Of a stretch of DNA of 64,000 nt, positions 12,111-25,962 are shown one piece after another. The stretch covers positions 91,513,360-91,577,359 of the forward strand of contig NC_068986.1 of the NCBI RefSeq assembly GCF_001194135.2, read 5' to 3'. The position numbers and the translations under genes were made by a program. Within the stretch, counting starts at the first letter, position 1; every line of letters begins with the position of its first letter. The DNA comes from Octopus bimaculoides (taxonomy: Eukaryota). Under the pieces are notes generated by a model that worked only from the letters and a program-made list of their open reading frames with translations, had not been told where the DNA came from and did not search any database.

Positions 12111-14405
12111 CTGGAATACTCTTGTTTTTCCTGCAGATGTATTCACCTTGAGGTATTCAAGGTGAATTTCCTAAGTATTCTTAGCGGACCTACAGAGGTC
12201 ATGGGTACTGTCCTTTCCTCTTCAATTATCCATAAAAAATATATTAAAAATTGTCAAAAATTAGGTGTAGTAGTGGTGGTGATGTTGGTAGTAGTAGTGA
12301 ATGTGGTAATGGTATTAGTAGCACTTGTAATAGCCGTGGGTGCTGTGGTAATACTGGTAGTGTTCGGTTAGTAGTTTTCCAAATACATCCTTGCTCTGAG
12401 TCATGTTTTGGTCTCAATAAAGAACATTATTAGCATCATCTTTGACAGGAAATGGTAAAGTTGGTAGAGTAGCTGATTGAATACTTTTGTTGTATTTAGT
12501 TGCATTCTACATTCAAAATCCCTTCAAGGTTAACTTTATCGTCCATCCAGGATCAATAAAGTAAAGATATTAGATACACAAAGTCAGTTAAACCAGTTGT
12601 GAATATACATTTACACAGTAGATTGGTTCTGCAAGTTGCTGTGCAAATTGAAACCATGTAAATTGAGGGAGATATGTTTATGAAGATTTTCTTTTATTTG
12701 TTTCAGTCATTTGACTGCAGCCATGCTGGAGCACTGTCTTTAGTTGAACAAATCGATCCCAGGACTTATTCTTTGTAAGCCTAGTACCTATTCTATTGGT
12801 TTCTTTTGCCGAACTGCTAAGTTATGGGGACGTAAACACACCAACATCGGTTGTCAAGCAATGGCGGGAGGACAAACACAGACACACAAGTACATACATA
12901 CATATATATATATCATCATCATCATCATCGTTTAACGTCCGCTTTCCATGCTAGCATGGGTTGGACAATTTGACTGGAGACTGGTGAACCAGATGGCTAC
13001 GCCAGGCTTCAATCTGATTTGGCAGAGTTTCTACAGCTGGATGCCCTTCCCAACGCCAACCACTCTGAGAGTGTAGTGGGTGCTTTTTATGTGCCATGGC
13101 ACAAGGGCCAGTCACACGGCACTGGCAATGGCCATGCTCAAAATGGTGTTTTTTATGTGTCACCTGCACAGGAGTCAGTCCAATGTTTTGTTCACATGCC
13201 ACCATCACAAGTGCCAGTAAGGTGAAGCTGGAAATGATCGCGCTCAAATGGTGCCTTTTACATGCCAACGGCACGGAAGCGAGACCGCTGATCCGGCAGT
13301 GATCCCGTTCAGATGGTGCTGTTAGTGCTCCACTGGCACGGATGCCAATCATTGAATTTGGTTCAGTTTTGATCTCACTTACCCCAGCAGGTCTTCGCAA
13401 GCTGAGTTTAGTGTTCAATGAAGGAAGGTTGGCATGGGTGCCAGTCATCGAATTTGGTTCAATTTCGATTTCAATTTCACTTGCCTCAACAGGTCTTCGC
13501 AAGCATACCACGAGCTTCTTTCAGTTTTTGTTTACCAAATTCACTCACAAGGCTTTGGTCGGCCTGAGGCTATAGTAGAAGACACTTGCCCAATGTGCCA
13601 TGCAGGGGACTGAACCTGGAACCATGTGGTTGGGAAGCAAGCTTCTTACCACACAGCCACAAAAAATATTTAAAGAATTATTTATTGGAATGGAGATAAT
13701 ATATTTTCATGTGTATGGATACTATTGTAATACTGTGGTCCTAAAATCAAAGAAGAACAATGAGAGGTAATGAAGACAATTGAAATTAGAAAATGAGACT
13801 GATAATGACACTTCTACTTCAGCCTACTTCAAGTTACTTCCTAAACAAGTTTGTGAATTTAAAAAATATAATATATCAACAGTTTATGTATTTAAATTAT
13901 ATGAATATTCTTAATGCTACTTGGAATTTCATGAATCTATTGACTGTTGTAATCTAAAAGAAGAAAAAATGCTGAACTTGTGCCAAAGTTAGAGAGAATT
14001 ATTATTATTGCACTCTGGAGTTGATGTAATCCACTAGCCCCCTCCCCCAAATTTCAAATCTTGTACCTAAAGTAGAAGGAATTATTATTATTATTGGGGA
14101 AATTTTTTTTGGTCTTTGAGAGTTAAGTATCTTGGCCACACAAGACACAATACAGTGCTGCAGATGGTGACTTCTTGGCTTCCAATTAACTCATTGATCG
14201 GTTTTCTCACATTCTTGATAACATCTGTTAATTCCCTCAAAGCCTTCTTTTAATTGTAGTTAGGATTCATAAGTCAAAATACAAAGAAAACCTTGTGTGA
14301 GAGGTGAAATAAGAAGACTGGCAAAAAGTTTTGTATTGTTACTGTTGTTTAGATCCAGGTCAGCCTAGATCAGAGTTATAATCAAAATGACTAACCAGTC
14401 CTTTA

Positions 14406-14463
14406 TTCACACATTCTGTGCAAAGTGTCCTTTCTTCACACATTCTGTGCAAAGTGTCCTTTC
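14406..14463 (+). repeat. Exact 29-bp tandem duplication
   Basis: ttcacacattctgtgcaaagtgtcctttc x2. Confidence 0.9.
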
Positions 14464-14880
14464 TGTTTTTCTTAAACCTTTTGATACCACCCTGCCTAAG
14501 ATTGCCCCTGGTTCTATGATATAAATTTATTGTTTCAATAAGAGAGTATTGTAGTTCGCTTGAAACATTGTGTATTGTTTGTAAAGAATAAAAAGTCTTG
14601 AATGGTACAACAATGTACTATAATACAAAAAATGGACTATATACTTGTTGTAATTTAGTTAGCTATAGTCCGATGATATTTCGGAATACAATTCCTTCTT
14701 CAGATTTTCTTAGATGGAGTCTCTGCTATCAACTGTTTACTAACAACTTTTCTTTTTTTTTTTTTCCGGAAGTGTCTCAGTAGTGGTCTCACGAAGCACC
14801 TTTTGGAACTCCTCAAGTAATCTAACTTAAAGTGTTCCATCAAAATTTCATGTTAATTTATGTTTCAAACTCCAGATTAA

Positions 14881-15100
14881 CTCTTTAGTATTCAGGTTAT
14901 TCCGTCAAATGTAATGCTTATTTATTCACATTCTTTTGAATTTGTCTTGCATTATCTCACAGCTTTCAAATTTTGATGATGTGATTGTTTATTTTTAGAA
15001 TGATATTGTTGGATAGGTGTAAGAGGCTGAGTCTGGCTAGTTTGAACATAAAATAGGTAGAACATTTGGGCTGAATGTAGCTAGTTTAAATGCTAAAGGG
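14881..15100. mobile_element. piggyBac-like MITE (TTAA TSD, CCCTTTAGCATT TIR); further copies at about 27059-27904 (split by an RTE insertion), 56548-56730 and 63335-63540
   Basis: TTAA on both flanks (14877-14880, 15101-15104); right TIR aatgctaaaggg, left ctctttagtatt; the internal sequence recurs at the listed sites. Confidence 0.75.
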
Positions 15101-17533
15101 TTAATGATGACCAAATTTTTTTTACTAAATTTTTTTGAACTAACTAACAAAAACAGTGCATTTCAACAGAAATATAGTAACAAAATAGTTAAACATGTCA
15201 TTTGAGAGAGGTTTGGCTGCTATTTCTAGTAGATTAAATGACTGCATGAATGCTTTCTTGTTGACTTGAAAAGTTGTTATTTTTGGTTATTTAAATTATT
15301 ATCCCTTTTATTCTTATTGAAATTGGTTTGTTGACAAGATTCTATAAGAACACTAAAATGAATACCAGTAACATATTGGTGACCTTAATTACTGCAGATG
15401 TGTTCATTTGTTGAGCTAGACTATATTATATTGCCACCATTACAACCAATTAATATATCTGTACTTTCTATAAGTCACAACCTTTAGTTTGTTAATTAGC
15501 TATTTCAGAGAGGCTTTTTTCTTTTCAATTAGCTGGCTCCTGTGCAAGTGGCATGTAAAATACACCATTTTGAGCGTGGCCGTTGCCAGTACCGCCTGAC
15601 TGGCCTTCGTGCCAGTGACATGTAAAAGCACCCACTACGCTCTCGGAGTGGTTGGCGTTAGGAAGGGCATCCAGCTGTAGAAACTCTGCCAAATCAGATT
15701 GGATCTTGGTGTAGCCATCTGGTGCACCAGTCCTCAGTCAAATCGTCCAACCCATGCTAGCATGGAAAGCGAACGTTAAACGATGATGATGATGTTGTTT
15801 TTAGCTCTGTATTAATCATAATTAAGCAGACTTTCATCAAAGATGTACCAATTGTAACCAACCTCCATTTTTGTACATCAGGAATTGCATTGTCCTTTTC
15901 TTTTCTTTTTTAAGACTGTAGACTGTAATTTGGTATTTGTTTCATGTAAGGTTTGTATCAGAGCATACAAGCATCTTTGGTAGCTTGCCGTTCATTTAGG
16001 CTGAAGTGGTTGTTTAGTTTTAGGTTAGCTGTGATTGAGCAAATGTATGTTTTCAGCAGGATTAGTAGATCTAGGGTTACATTATTCAATGTGCTTTTCC
16101 CTCTTTAAAACCAGTAGGGTGTGATTTTAGTGAGACATAGCTGTGATATCTAGCAGGTTAACTGACTTTAATGAGGCTTCCTCAATTAACTGCAAGAGAG
16201 GTTTCTATCTGGAGATGATTTGTCTGATTATCAAAAGTAAATATTTTATTTTTAATATTCTTCTCATTTCTGAGATAAAAACAAGTATCTCTTTTCTTTG
16301 CTCTTTTGTCTCTGTCTGTCTGTCTGTCTGTCCGTTTGTCTGTCTGTCTGTCTCTCTCTCTCTCCGTAATTCTTTGCATCATGTAAAATTTTATGTTGAC
16401 TGGAATTGCTGTTAGAGTAGTGGTAGTTGTAATTTTTATTTTGATTTTGTATCATACATTTTGTGAATAAGTGTCAATGGTTATAGGTGTCTGACAGACC
16501 AAATACTGGTTTATGGTAAAAGCAATAAGGAAGTGTCTATTCAACTCAGAATAAATAACACAAACTTTGAACATGTTGGTTCTTTGGTTTTCTTGCTGGT
16601 GTGTGCAGCTTTCATTTATATATATTAAAAAAATCACTCTCTGTCTCTCCCTCACATACATACATATCCTAGTTTTTAAAATCTTTATGCATCTTGGTTT
16701 TTAAATATGTGCATCTCAGGTTTTAGAATAGGTACACTATATCTCTGCATGTCATCATAAGAGGTATCTGAAGGGGTTGTCATCAAGAGGATCAGCCATC
16801 CATAAAGCACTATCACCAAAATGTCTTGTCCAGTCCCTGCCCATGAGAAAAATTATGTGGAAAACTGATATGTACAACTAGCACAGTTTCTATTTTTATC
16901 AAATTTTACTCGCAAGTCACTTGTTAAGGCAAGGCTATGGTCGAAGAGACTTTCCCCGGTGTGCCAAGCATTGGGACTGAACATAGAACCATATTGTTGC
17001 AAAGCAAATTTCTTTGCCACACAAGACTAGTTTCTATTTTATTAATTTTTATTTTTAAAAGTAAGTCCCACTCCTCTCACCCTGGTTAGGTTACAAAACT
17101 ATCACAAGTAATCTGGTACTTAATTCATCGTCATTGTTTTAATGTACACTTTTCTATGCTCACATGGGTATGACAGTATTTGTTGAAGTGGATTTTTTAT
17201 TGTCAGATGCCTTTCCTGTTGTCAACCTTCACCTGTTTTCAACTAAGGTAATATTTTCCCATGACCAGCTCACTGCCTTAATAATAATAATAATAATAAT
17301 AATCCTTTCTGCTAAAGGCACAAGGCCTGAAATTTGGGAGGAGGGAACTAGTTGATTACATTGACCCCAGTGTTTCACTGGTACTTAATTTATCAACCCC
17401 AAAAGGATGAAAGGCAAAGTTGATCTTGGCAGAATTTGAACTAAGAATGTAAGGACAGATGAACTGCCGCTAAGCATTTTGCCCAGCATGCTAATGATTC
17501 TGCCAGCTTGCCACCTTCTTAATGATGATGATG

Positions 17534-17576
<43 letters not shown>

Positions 17577-17677
17577 CACCACCACAACTACCATTGATTG
17601 AGGTTAATCAGTACTGTTGTATGTACATGTATGTGTATATATGTATGGTAAATCTTCAATATTTGTTCAATCTACTA

Positions 17678-17799
17678 CAGTGCTCCGCAACTAGTATGTC
17701 ACAGCTCACTGGTGTGCCATGTGATGGTGCTAGGTGTGCTGCCAAATTTTGAAAAGAATAATAAGTGTACTGCAAGTAAAAAAAGGTTGCAGAGCACTG
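17678..17799. mobile_element. Short hAT MITE (same family as 41853-41987)
   Basis: CAGTGCTCCGCAAC...GTTGCAGAGCACTG termini; flanks atctacta / (a)gtctacta; internal sequence shared with the 41853 copy. Confidence 0.7.
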
Positions 17800-19315
17800 A
17801 GTCTACTACACTCATATCTGCTTTTACCCCTAGCCACCGTCACCACTGCTGCCCTCCACCATTACCCATCACTATCACCACTACCCACTGTTGGATCAGG
17901 GCTGACTTTTGGTTATACAATCACCACTGTCACTGCTAGCAGTAAGACATTGAAGCTACACTGTCTTAAAAGTTTTATTGTTATAGTAAATAAAACATTG
18001 TTGGTAAAGCTGAAATGAAGTTTGGTTAATTTGAATATTTATAAAACAGGCTTGTGTGTAAATTATCTGTTTTATGGTTTTATCCAGCCCAGAAGGAAAA
18101 TCTTGCTGTATTGCTTTGATGTATCTGACAGATGTAAATCATTTCATCATTGCTTATTTGTTCATTTTATTTATTCATTGATTGATTAATTCTTTCCTTG
18201 TTTGTGATTCAATCAACATAGTGAGCACAGGGTGATGATGCCTTGTGGTTGGTGGTAGTTGGAGTGTTGGATATGGGATCCAGGGTTGTTTTGAATATTG
18301 ATCACATTCCTATATAAAAGAAAATTAATACTTCTCCGTAAAATTCAAATATACCCCTTAAGCCCAAAGGTGCTGTTAAGAGCCAGTGTGGTGAAAGATA
18401 TATCTTTCCCTGGATTGAATGCCAATCTGTTGCAAATAACATTTCCCAGTTGACCTGGTACGTACTCTTCAACAGCTTGGTAAATTGAAGCAATGCAAGA
18501 TTGCATTCTACTTTGAATCAAAGAAATGTCTTCAGTGGTTTTGAACTTCTAGTTCTTTGTAGATCACAGGCTCTATCCTTCCTGCTAAATAAACCAGTAA
18601 AATACTTGGTACAGCCTCTGCCGAATGTTTTTTTTCACCCTAAAGAGCTTTTTAAGAGCCAGTGCTTAGTTCCAGTTTTATAGCTTTAGTCACATGTCTG
18701 ACAAATGGCTCCACCCCCTCTGCAGCAGACAAGATATTGGTCTATCTCAATATTGTTAGATGATCTGGTGAATAGTGTGATTAATTGAACTGAATTTCAT
18801 GACTGGTGGATACTCTTCATATCAATTACCATCAGTGTGGTTTGTGTGTAATGTATTGTTGGGGCCTGTAGCTGGCTTTTGCAAGTCATAGGGCTCTCTC
18901 GACTTGTATTGCTTTGTTTCACAATTGCTGTTCTTGTCAGGTTGCCTATACAATAGTTTAGAGAGTCTATCATGTTACAGAGGTATATTAGATGAACTCT
19001 TCTTCCTTAGCAGACATCCTTCACTGACAAAGGAACCTTGGTAGTGTGTAAGAGGTGTAAAAAGGGCCAATACTACTTATGGATATTAAATGTGAGGGAG
19101 GTTAGTGATCATTTTCTATTTTTGTAAGAAGAGCCAACTGCTCATGGTTTTAATTTTTGATATAAAAATTTTGAAAGCGTTTGACAAAATATCTATAATT
19201 TATATATTGGTGTATATTATGATGCTGATGATGATCAGCTGAAATTGTGTTAGCATTCATGTTGTAATGTGATTTTGACTGAAATTTTAGTTTAAATATG
19301 AATACTTTGCTGCAG

Positions 19316-19368
19316 TTGGACCCTGGTTGGCTGGTATTCTATAAACTACATTACATTGAGACATAAAG
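19316..19368 (+). other. Candidate non-coding (5' UTR) exon of LRR1, 53 nt
   Basis: Acceptor tttgctgcag and a consensus donor AAG|GTAAGT; no ATG inside. Splicing to 26651 puts an in-frame TGA upstream of the LRR1 ATG. Confidence 0.35.
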
Positions 19369-20879
19369 GTAAGTAATGTGTATGGAGATTCTTGAGAGAT
19401 ATTATTTCATAGATAATTAGATAGTTACACATGTAGATAGTTACATATACAAACAAGCAGATAAATGGTTTTACAATACTGAAATTTAGAATTAAGGTCC
19501 ACTATACTTGTAACAGATGTATAGAGAAATGCTTGTAGTGAATTTGAACCCAAGAATTTGGTTCTGGTGGTCCAATATTATATCAAGTTAGCTATTTTGT
19601 TTCTGTGAAACTTGTTGATTGAACCTTTTCTGAGAAGGATCCTTCATAAAAAGCACATGAATTTTTTTACCATTTTTGTGAAAAGGTTTCTCTATAGCAT
19701 GCAAAAATTACTGGAATTTATTTTAAAGTGAAATAGTTGAGAAGCACAAAGGTTACAAATATTGGATGTGTGCACAGTTAAGTTGACCCCAGTACTTGAC
19801 TGAAGTTACTGCATCAAACCTGAAAGAATAAAAAGCAAAGTTGACTCCAACAAAATTTGAATTTAATATGTAAAAGAACATGTGCTGACCTCTACAGTAG
19901 TCATGAATTATTTTCTTTTAACATAGAATAATATCAAGCCCTTTGCGTTGTTGCTGTTTTTATCAGAATGTTCTCCCAGTATTCCTCATTAAAGGTGTGG
20001 ATTCATTTTGGTCTGTTGTGACTTTGGTATGCTCATCATAACAATCCTTCTTGCAGACAGCACTGTAGATTTAGAAATACTGTTGTGTTACATGAGACGG
20101 TTATTCCTTAACTATTGATAATGTGGGTGATAACTACCATTCTGGCACAATCAACATTCATTTTGTATCACAATGTGGAGGCTTAGAGGTTTATTGATGA
20201 AGTATTTTAGTAGCTGTCTCTTGTCCTTGGGTAACGAAAGTATAGCCTTCAAGGTGAAATCTGATGTATCGAACTCTGGTCTCTTTCTGTAAATGATTCT
20301 GCTACATGTGTGTTTGTATGTTATAAACATATACACATACATATATATCTATGCATCTTACCTTAGCATATGTTTCAAAGCAAGAGTGGAAAATGGTGTT
20401 GAAGGTAATGGGAAAACACCAAAGTTTGACAAATGGCAGTTGTTGGGTAAAGAAACAGTAGCTCTAGATTGTTGTTCAACCAGCTACCCTTATATGTATA
20501 TATATGTGTGCACGAACAAGCACACATGCATATATGCACACAATAATACTTTGTGGTCTTGGTTCTTCACATTCTGAATTTTCAGGTTTGGGTAGTAGTC
20601 GCTCTATCCCACTTATAAGTCAAATAACCACATCTAACACACAACTCTCTCTCTCTCTTGTGCATGCGCGCACGCGCGCACACACACACTAAGCACACTA
20701 AGCAACTGATATACTAGGTGTTGCCTGTAAAACCTCAGTAAGTTAATGTAGTGAATCAATAATTGCATAGCAAATGTGATTGTGCCTGCACTAGCTGTTT
20801 TCTTTCCCAGAGAAACTGTCAACTACTTCAGTGAGTTTTGAACTCAAAGTTCTTTGTAATTCACATAAGTTTGTGTGTA

Positions 20880-21152
20880 TATTTCCTCTTTCTCTTGTAT
20901 TAGGAAAATACAAGAGAAAGAGGAGAACCAATGGGGACCATTGATAAAGAGTTTGCAAATCCAGTGCCCAAGATACACTTTTTGAGCTTGATCCCTATTA
21001 TTATTGGAGCAACAGGGTACATACCAACCCTTCTGGAGCAAAGTATGGCTGAACTTCGGTTCCAGGGGAGAGAACGCAAATCCTTAATTCATTCACTGCA
21101 AATGATAACAATATCTGGCACTATGAAAATTTGCAAGACCTTAAAAGGATGA
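20880..21152 (+). mobile_element. C-terminal fragment of an RLE-endonuclease LINE (R4/NeSL/HERO-like)
   Basis: ORF 20931-21152 contains LIPIIIGATGYIPTLLEQSMAEL...LQMITISGTMKICKTL, matching the PIVIGALGxVP...GTxxIxRKxL end of restriction-like endonuclease LINEs. Confidence 0.6.
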
Positions 21153-21268
21153 TGAAAAGAAACAAGACTCTTTTTTACACAATCTTGCTACGAAGTAGGT
21201 AGCCATTCAAAATTTATTCTAAATTGAAAAAGAATGTGCATACATACACACACACACAGACACATACA

Positions 21269-21656
21269 TTGTTGTTGTTGGCACTCCGTCGCTTACGATG
21301 TCGAGGGTTCCAGTTGATCCGATCAACGGAACAGCCTGCTTGTGAAATTAACGTGCAAGTGGCTGAGCACTCCACAGACACGTGTACCTTTAATGTAGTT
21401 CTCGGGGATATTCAGTGTGACACAGTGTGACAAGGCCGACCCTTTGAATTACAGTCACAACAGAAACAGGAAGAAAGAGTGAGAGAAAGTTGTGGTGAAA
21501 GAGTACAGCAGGGTTCGCCACCATCCCTTGCCGGAGCCTCGTGGAGCTTTTAGGTGTTTTTGCTCAATAAACATTCACAACGCCCGGTCTGGGTATCGAA
21601 ACCATGATCCTATGACCGCGAGTCCGCTGCCCTAACCACTGGGCCATTGCGCCTCC
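21269..21656 (-). mobile_element. tRNA-derived SINE family C, full length
   Basis: Reverse complement of 57400-57781; inserted in a (CA)n/(TACA)n tract. Confidence 0.9.
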
Positions 21657-21679
21657 ACAGACATACATACATATATGCA

Positions 21680-21866
21680 GAAGGGACAAACGGATTAAGT
21701 CGATTATATCGACCTCAGTGCGTAACTGGTACTTATTTAATCGACCCCGAAAGGATGAAAGGCAAAGTCGACCTCGGCAGAATTTGAATTCAGAATATAG
21801 CGGCAGATGAAATACCGCTAAGCATTTCGCCCGGCGTGCTTACGTTTCTGCCAGCTCGCCGCCTTG
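21680..21866 (-). mobile_element. SINE family D (Deu/Nin-domain-like); many copies, e.g. 17300-17520(-), 19780-19880(-), 28480-28660(-), 34480-34690(+), 38780-39110(+), 39330-39440(+), 45340-45480(-), 47110-47950(- x4), 61180-61330(+), 62100-62220(+)
   Basis: Sense core GAGTTCAAATTCTGCCGAGGTCGACTTTGCCTTTCATCCTTTCGGGGTCGAT..AAGTACCAG resembles the recalled Deu/Nin SINE domain; that assignment is inferred. Confidence 0.8.
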
Positions 21867-24651
21867 CTAACAAGCTGACAATTCTGCCAACTTGTCACCT
21901 TTATAATAGTAATACACACTTGCTCACATAATTTCATGTGGTTGAGGTTTTTGTTTGTTATGAGCGTAATTGTTATTTTAAAGCATTGAATGGTATATAA
22001 TTGCTATTTTCTATTCTGTTTTAAACCTATAACTGTTTAAGTGCAATTAAAAGGACAATTTCCTTGGAAATGTCCTAATTACTTACTATGAAATGTCACT
22101 TCTTTGAATACATCTTAGACATTACTAGCAATTATGAAGCCTTATCATGAGTACCTAATCATGTTAATTAACAGCCAGTCCCTGAAGTCATTGTGTGTGC
22201 ATTAGCTGTTAACAATCATGTTTGAATGTTAGCCCTTATTTGCTTGCTTGTGTTGTTTTGAAATGACGGACAAAAGCTACCTTGTTCTTAAGTTTTGTTA
22301 TATGTGTGTGTTTGTGTGTGTAAACTGACGTGGTTAAGAAGTTCATTTCACAACTATAGGTTATGAGTTCAATCCCACTGCTTAGGAGCATAGATGAATG
22401 TCTTTATAGCTTCATTATAAACAATGTCTTGTTAGTGGAATTTGGTTGACAGAATTTATGTAGAAGCTTGTGTGTGTGTTAACATGTGCACCCATGTCTT
22501 TGTGTTCGTCATATTTATGTTCCATATCTTAGAGAAATAGATATCCACAAAGTTCTGTACCAAAATAGTACTGGTTTCGATATGATCAGCTGTGCCTTTG
22601 AAGGTTATGCCCCAGCATGGCTACAGTCCAGTTAGCCATGCAAGTAAATGTATAAATATATTAATGTAAAAAAATAGGTTAGTGATGATAAATGGAAATG
22701 TAAGAGTTTTTCTAATTAGTTGACCTTGGTACTTAAAGAACTCAAGTGGTTTTTGTCATGAGAAAATATAGAAATCATGTTGTTTATTTTTTTGGATTGC
22801 AACTTGCCATAGAATGAATGATGTTCACAATGCTGAGTACATCGTCAATGTATGAATAATGACTCGATTATAGGTGTGGTGCATGCATGTGACTGGGTGG
22901 ATTGTTAGGGATAAACCAACTGACATGAGGGAGAAAGAAAAGAGAGGGATCCTCTGTAAAGCTTTTGTATTCTTTTGAAGTTTGAATCTTTTTTGTTTTC
23001 TAAAAATGCATAGAGTCTCTAAAACAGGGCAGTTGGAAAATTATATGATACAAAGTATTGTATGATTAAATTAGTAATTGTGAAAATTAACTTTATGCAT
23101 TTAACTGGTTTACAAATACTAACAACTGGGTTTTTTTTTCAGATGTCTAAGGATCCTCAGATCTGTGATCTCTCTTTCATTTCCCTTAGCATTGAATAAA
23201 AGAATTATTTTATTCCTAGATCTTGAATGTGGAACTGCAAGCTGAATAATCATTTGTCAATTCCATAATGCAGTTGTTGTTTCACCCTGGTCAAGCAGGT
23301 TTTATGATCAAAAGCATTCTAGCTGTGATCATCTTATAATTATTTTTTTTTTGGATATAGTGTATGCCAGGTTACATTTAACCCATGTATTTTTTTAAGA
23401 TTTGGGGAAAAATTTAGCTGTTATTTTTGGTAGGTTGAGTTGCCACATAAACATTCCCTGTTCCCTTGTTTATGTTTACTGTTCTGAATCACACTACTCA
23501 TAGTATCTACTTATAGTTATATGAGTAGAATTGGCTTTTGTGATTTAAGTATCTTAGCCACAAATACAATTCAGTGCCAGTTAGGAGATACTAATTATTT
23601 GGTCAGAGTCCAGTTGCTTGCTATCTCTCTTTTTTTGAAAAAATGTTATAAAGGAGATTTAAAAAGATAGTATGACATCATCATAATTTCATATTGTCCT
23701 AACATTCTATACAAAAATGTCATGACATTATAACATATATATATAGAATAGGTTAGTAGTTGCAATAGAGAGAGGTTCCAAATGTGTGGGTTTGTTCACT
23801 TACAAATTTGCTCCATATTCTTGCAAGATTTTTTCCATAGAAATCTAACTTCATCACATTTTGAATTAAAAGAAAGACTGGTGCTTGAATTTAGTGACTT
23901 GGTTGGCTTGTGTTGGGTTTAGTAACAGTGGAGCTACCAAGCTGTTGTTATTACAGATTTTTTGTCTTTTGCCATAAATGTCACCAAATTTTATAAAGCT
24001 AATTCAGAATGTTTTCACTGATCATATTATTTTAAATGATATGATTACAAGGTTTTGATTAAGTGAAATAATTTGCAGCTTTGAAATTAGCTTTAATGGC
24101 TCCAATGGCTGCAGTTTACGGACAGCTTCAATATTAAAGAATTTTGAATGGGTCATTAAATATAGTTCCCATTTTAAAAAAGAAAAAGAATTTGTGTTGG
24201 TTAGCTTGTGAAGGAGAAGCAGTCTTGTCAGTAGTGAAGATAAACTGACAAGTAAGATTAGAACAGTTAACATAGAACGCTAACTGGAGGTTAGTGTTTA
24301 GTGAGAATGAATACATGCAGAGATTTTGCATATCTCCAGTTTTACTAGCATTGAATAAAGTAGTAGCAGAAACACTGCCCTCCATTTGGTTTTCTGATGT
24401 CTTTTCTTTTATTCTTTTACTTGTTCCAGTCATTTGACTACGGCCATGCTGGAGCACTGTCTTTTAGTTGAACAAATCGACCCCATGACTTATTCTTTGT
24501 AAGCCTAGTATTTATTTTATCGGTCTCTTTTACCGAACCGCTAAGTTACGGGGACGTAAACATACCAGCATCGGTTGTCAAGCAATGGTGGGAGGGCCAA
24601 ACACAGACACAATCATACATGCACACACACACACACACACATACATACATA

Positions 24652-24980
24652 NNNNNNNNNNNNNNNNNNNNNNNNNNNNNNNNNNNNNNNNNNNNNNNNN
24701 NNNNNNNNNNNNNNNNNNNNNNNNNNNNNNNNNNNNNNNNNNNNNNNNNNNNNNNNNNNNNNNNNNNNNNNNNNNNNNNNNNNNNNNNNNNNNNNNNNNN
24801 NNNNNNNNNNNNNNNNNNNNNNNNNNNNNNNNNNNNNNNNNNNNNNNNNNNNNNNNNNNNNNNNNNNNNNNNNNNNNNNNNNNNNNNNNNNNNNNNNNNN
24901 NNNNNNNNNNNNNNNNNNNNNNNNNNNNNNNNNNNNNNNNNNNNNNNNNNNNNNNNNNNNNNNNNNNNNNNNNNNNNNNN
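24652..24980. other. Assembly gap (329 N); other gaps at 29096-29105 (10 N), 30861-31654 (794 N), 37569-38138 (570 N)
   Basis: Runs of N; the three large gaps abut simple repeats on at least one side. Confidence 0.99.
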
Positions 24981-25019
<39 letters not shown>

Positions 25020-25962
25020 TTCTGTCTACCAAATCCACTCACAAGTCTTTGGTCGGCCCAAGGCTATAGTAGAAGACACTTACCCAAGGTGCCACGCAGT
25101 GGGACTGAACCCAGAACCATGTGGTTGGTAAGCAAGCTACTTACCACACAGCCACTCCTGCACTTATGTCTTGTGTAATATTATTTCATCTTTCCATATA
25201 TGTAGAACTATACTGTCTAATGACCTTTCCTAATGTAAGATTCTTAGGTAATTTGAGGGATATTGAGTTGTTATTTACAGTAGGTAGAGGTACAGGTTTG
25301 TTACTTAAGGGTGTTATAGGTAGTGGGAGGAAAAGCTGGCAGTGTTTTCATTACATTACACATACACACTCTCTCTCTAATATTAACAGCATTATACTTA
25401 TTGAATCCATCCTTGTTGAGGCTAGATTCATAAGGTCGCAACTATCTGCTTCCATTTATTTTGCCTTTTCAACAAGATATTCTACAGAATGAAGTTGTTA
25501 GCTCCTGTGCCCAGTTCTTAACATGAAGAGCTGGAACATGTCCAGCTTGGTGTATGAACCCTGCCACTGGATCCTTTTGACCCAGTGGGAGGCAGAACCC
25601 TATGTTCAATGTTTAGCTTCAATTTCTGTAGGTCAGTAATTGGGGAAAAAGAGGGCTTAAAAATCCCAGAGGTTTTCATGTCCATGAAGGAAGAGTTGGA
25701 TAAGAAAGTATATAGAGATGAGAAAAGGAAGATAATCATGTTCACATGTTCATTAAATGTTTTTGGCTTGAGGTATCATGTTTGAAGTTAGTTCATGGTT
25801 GGCAATTTCAGAAGAGTAGAGATTTGCAGTAGTGGTAGAAGAGATAATGAGAGGGTTCAGTACATCTCTATGTTAGTGGAGTTGCAATATGAAGGCTTGT
25901 CTATAAAGTTATATTGCATTTTTCTTTCAGTATTTGTGTCTGTGTGTGATAGCTTTATTATC

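Noticed and set aside
13085-13505. Regularly spaced partly palindromic repeats resembling a CRISPR array
   Set aside because: The units are degenerate tandem repeats inside a LINE 3' UTR, spacers are homologous to each other, the DNA is eukaryotic and there are no cas genes.
18400-19100. Possible old LINE remnants here and at about 25200-25950, 29330-29720, 33000-33760, 53550-54450, 10550-10850 and 36130-36470
   Set aside because: Composition and scattered motifs are suggestive (L2/CR1, RTE or Penelope-like), but too decayed for me to assign class or boundaries without a repeat-library search.
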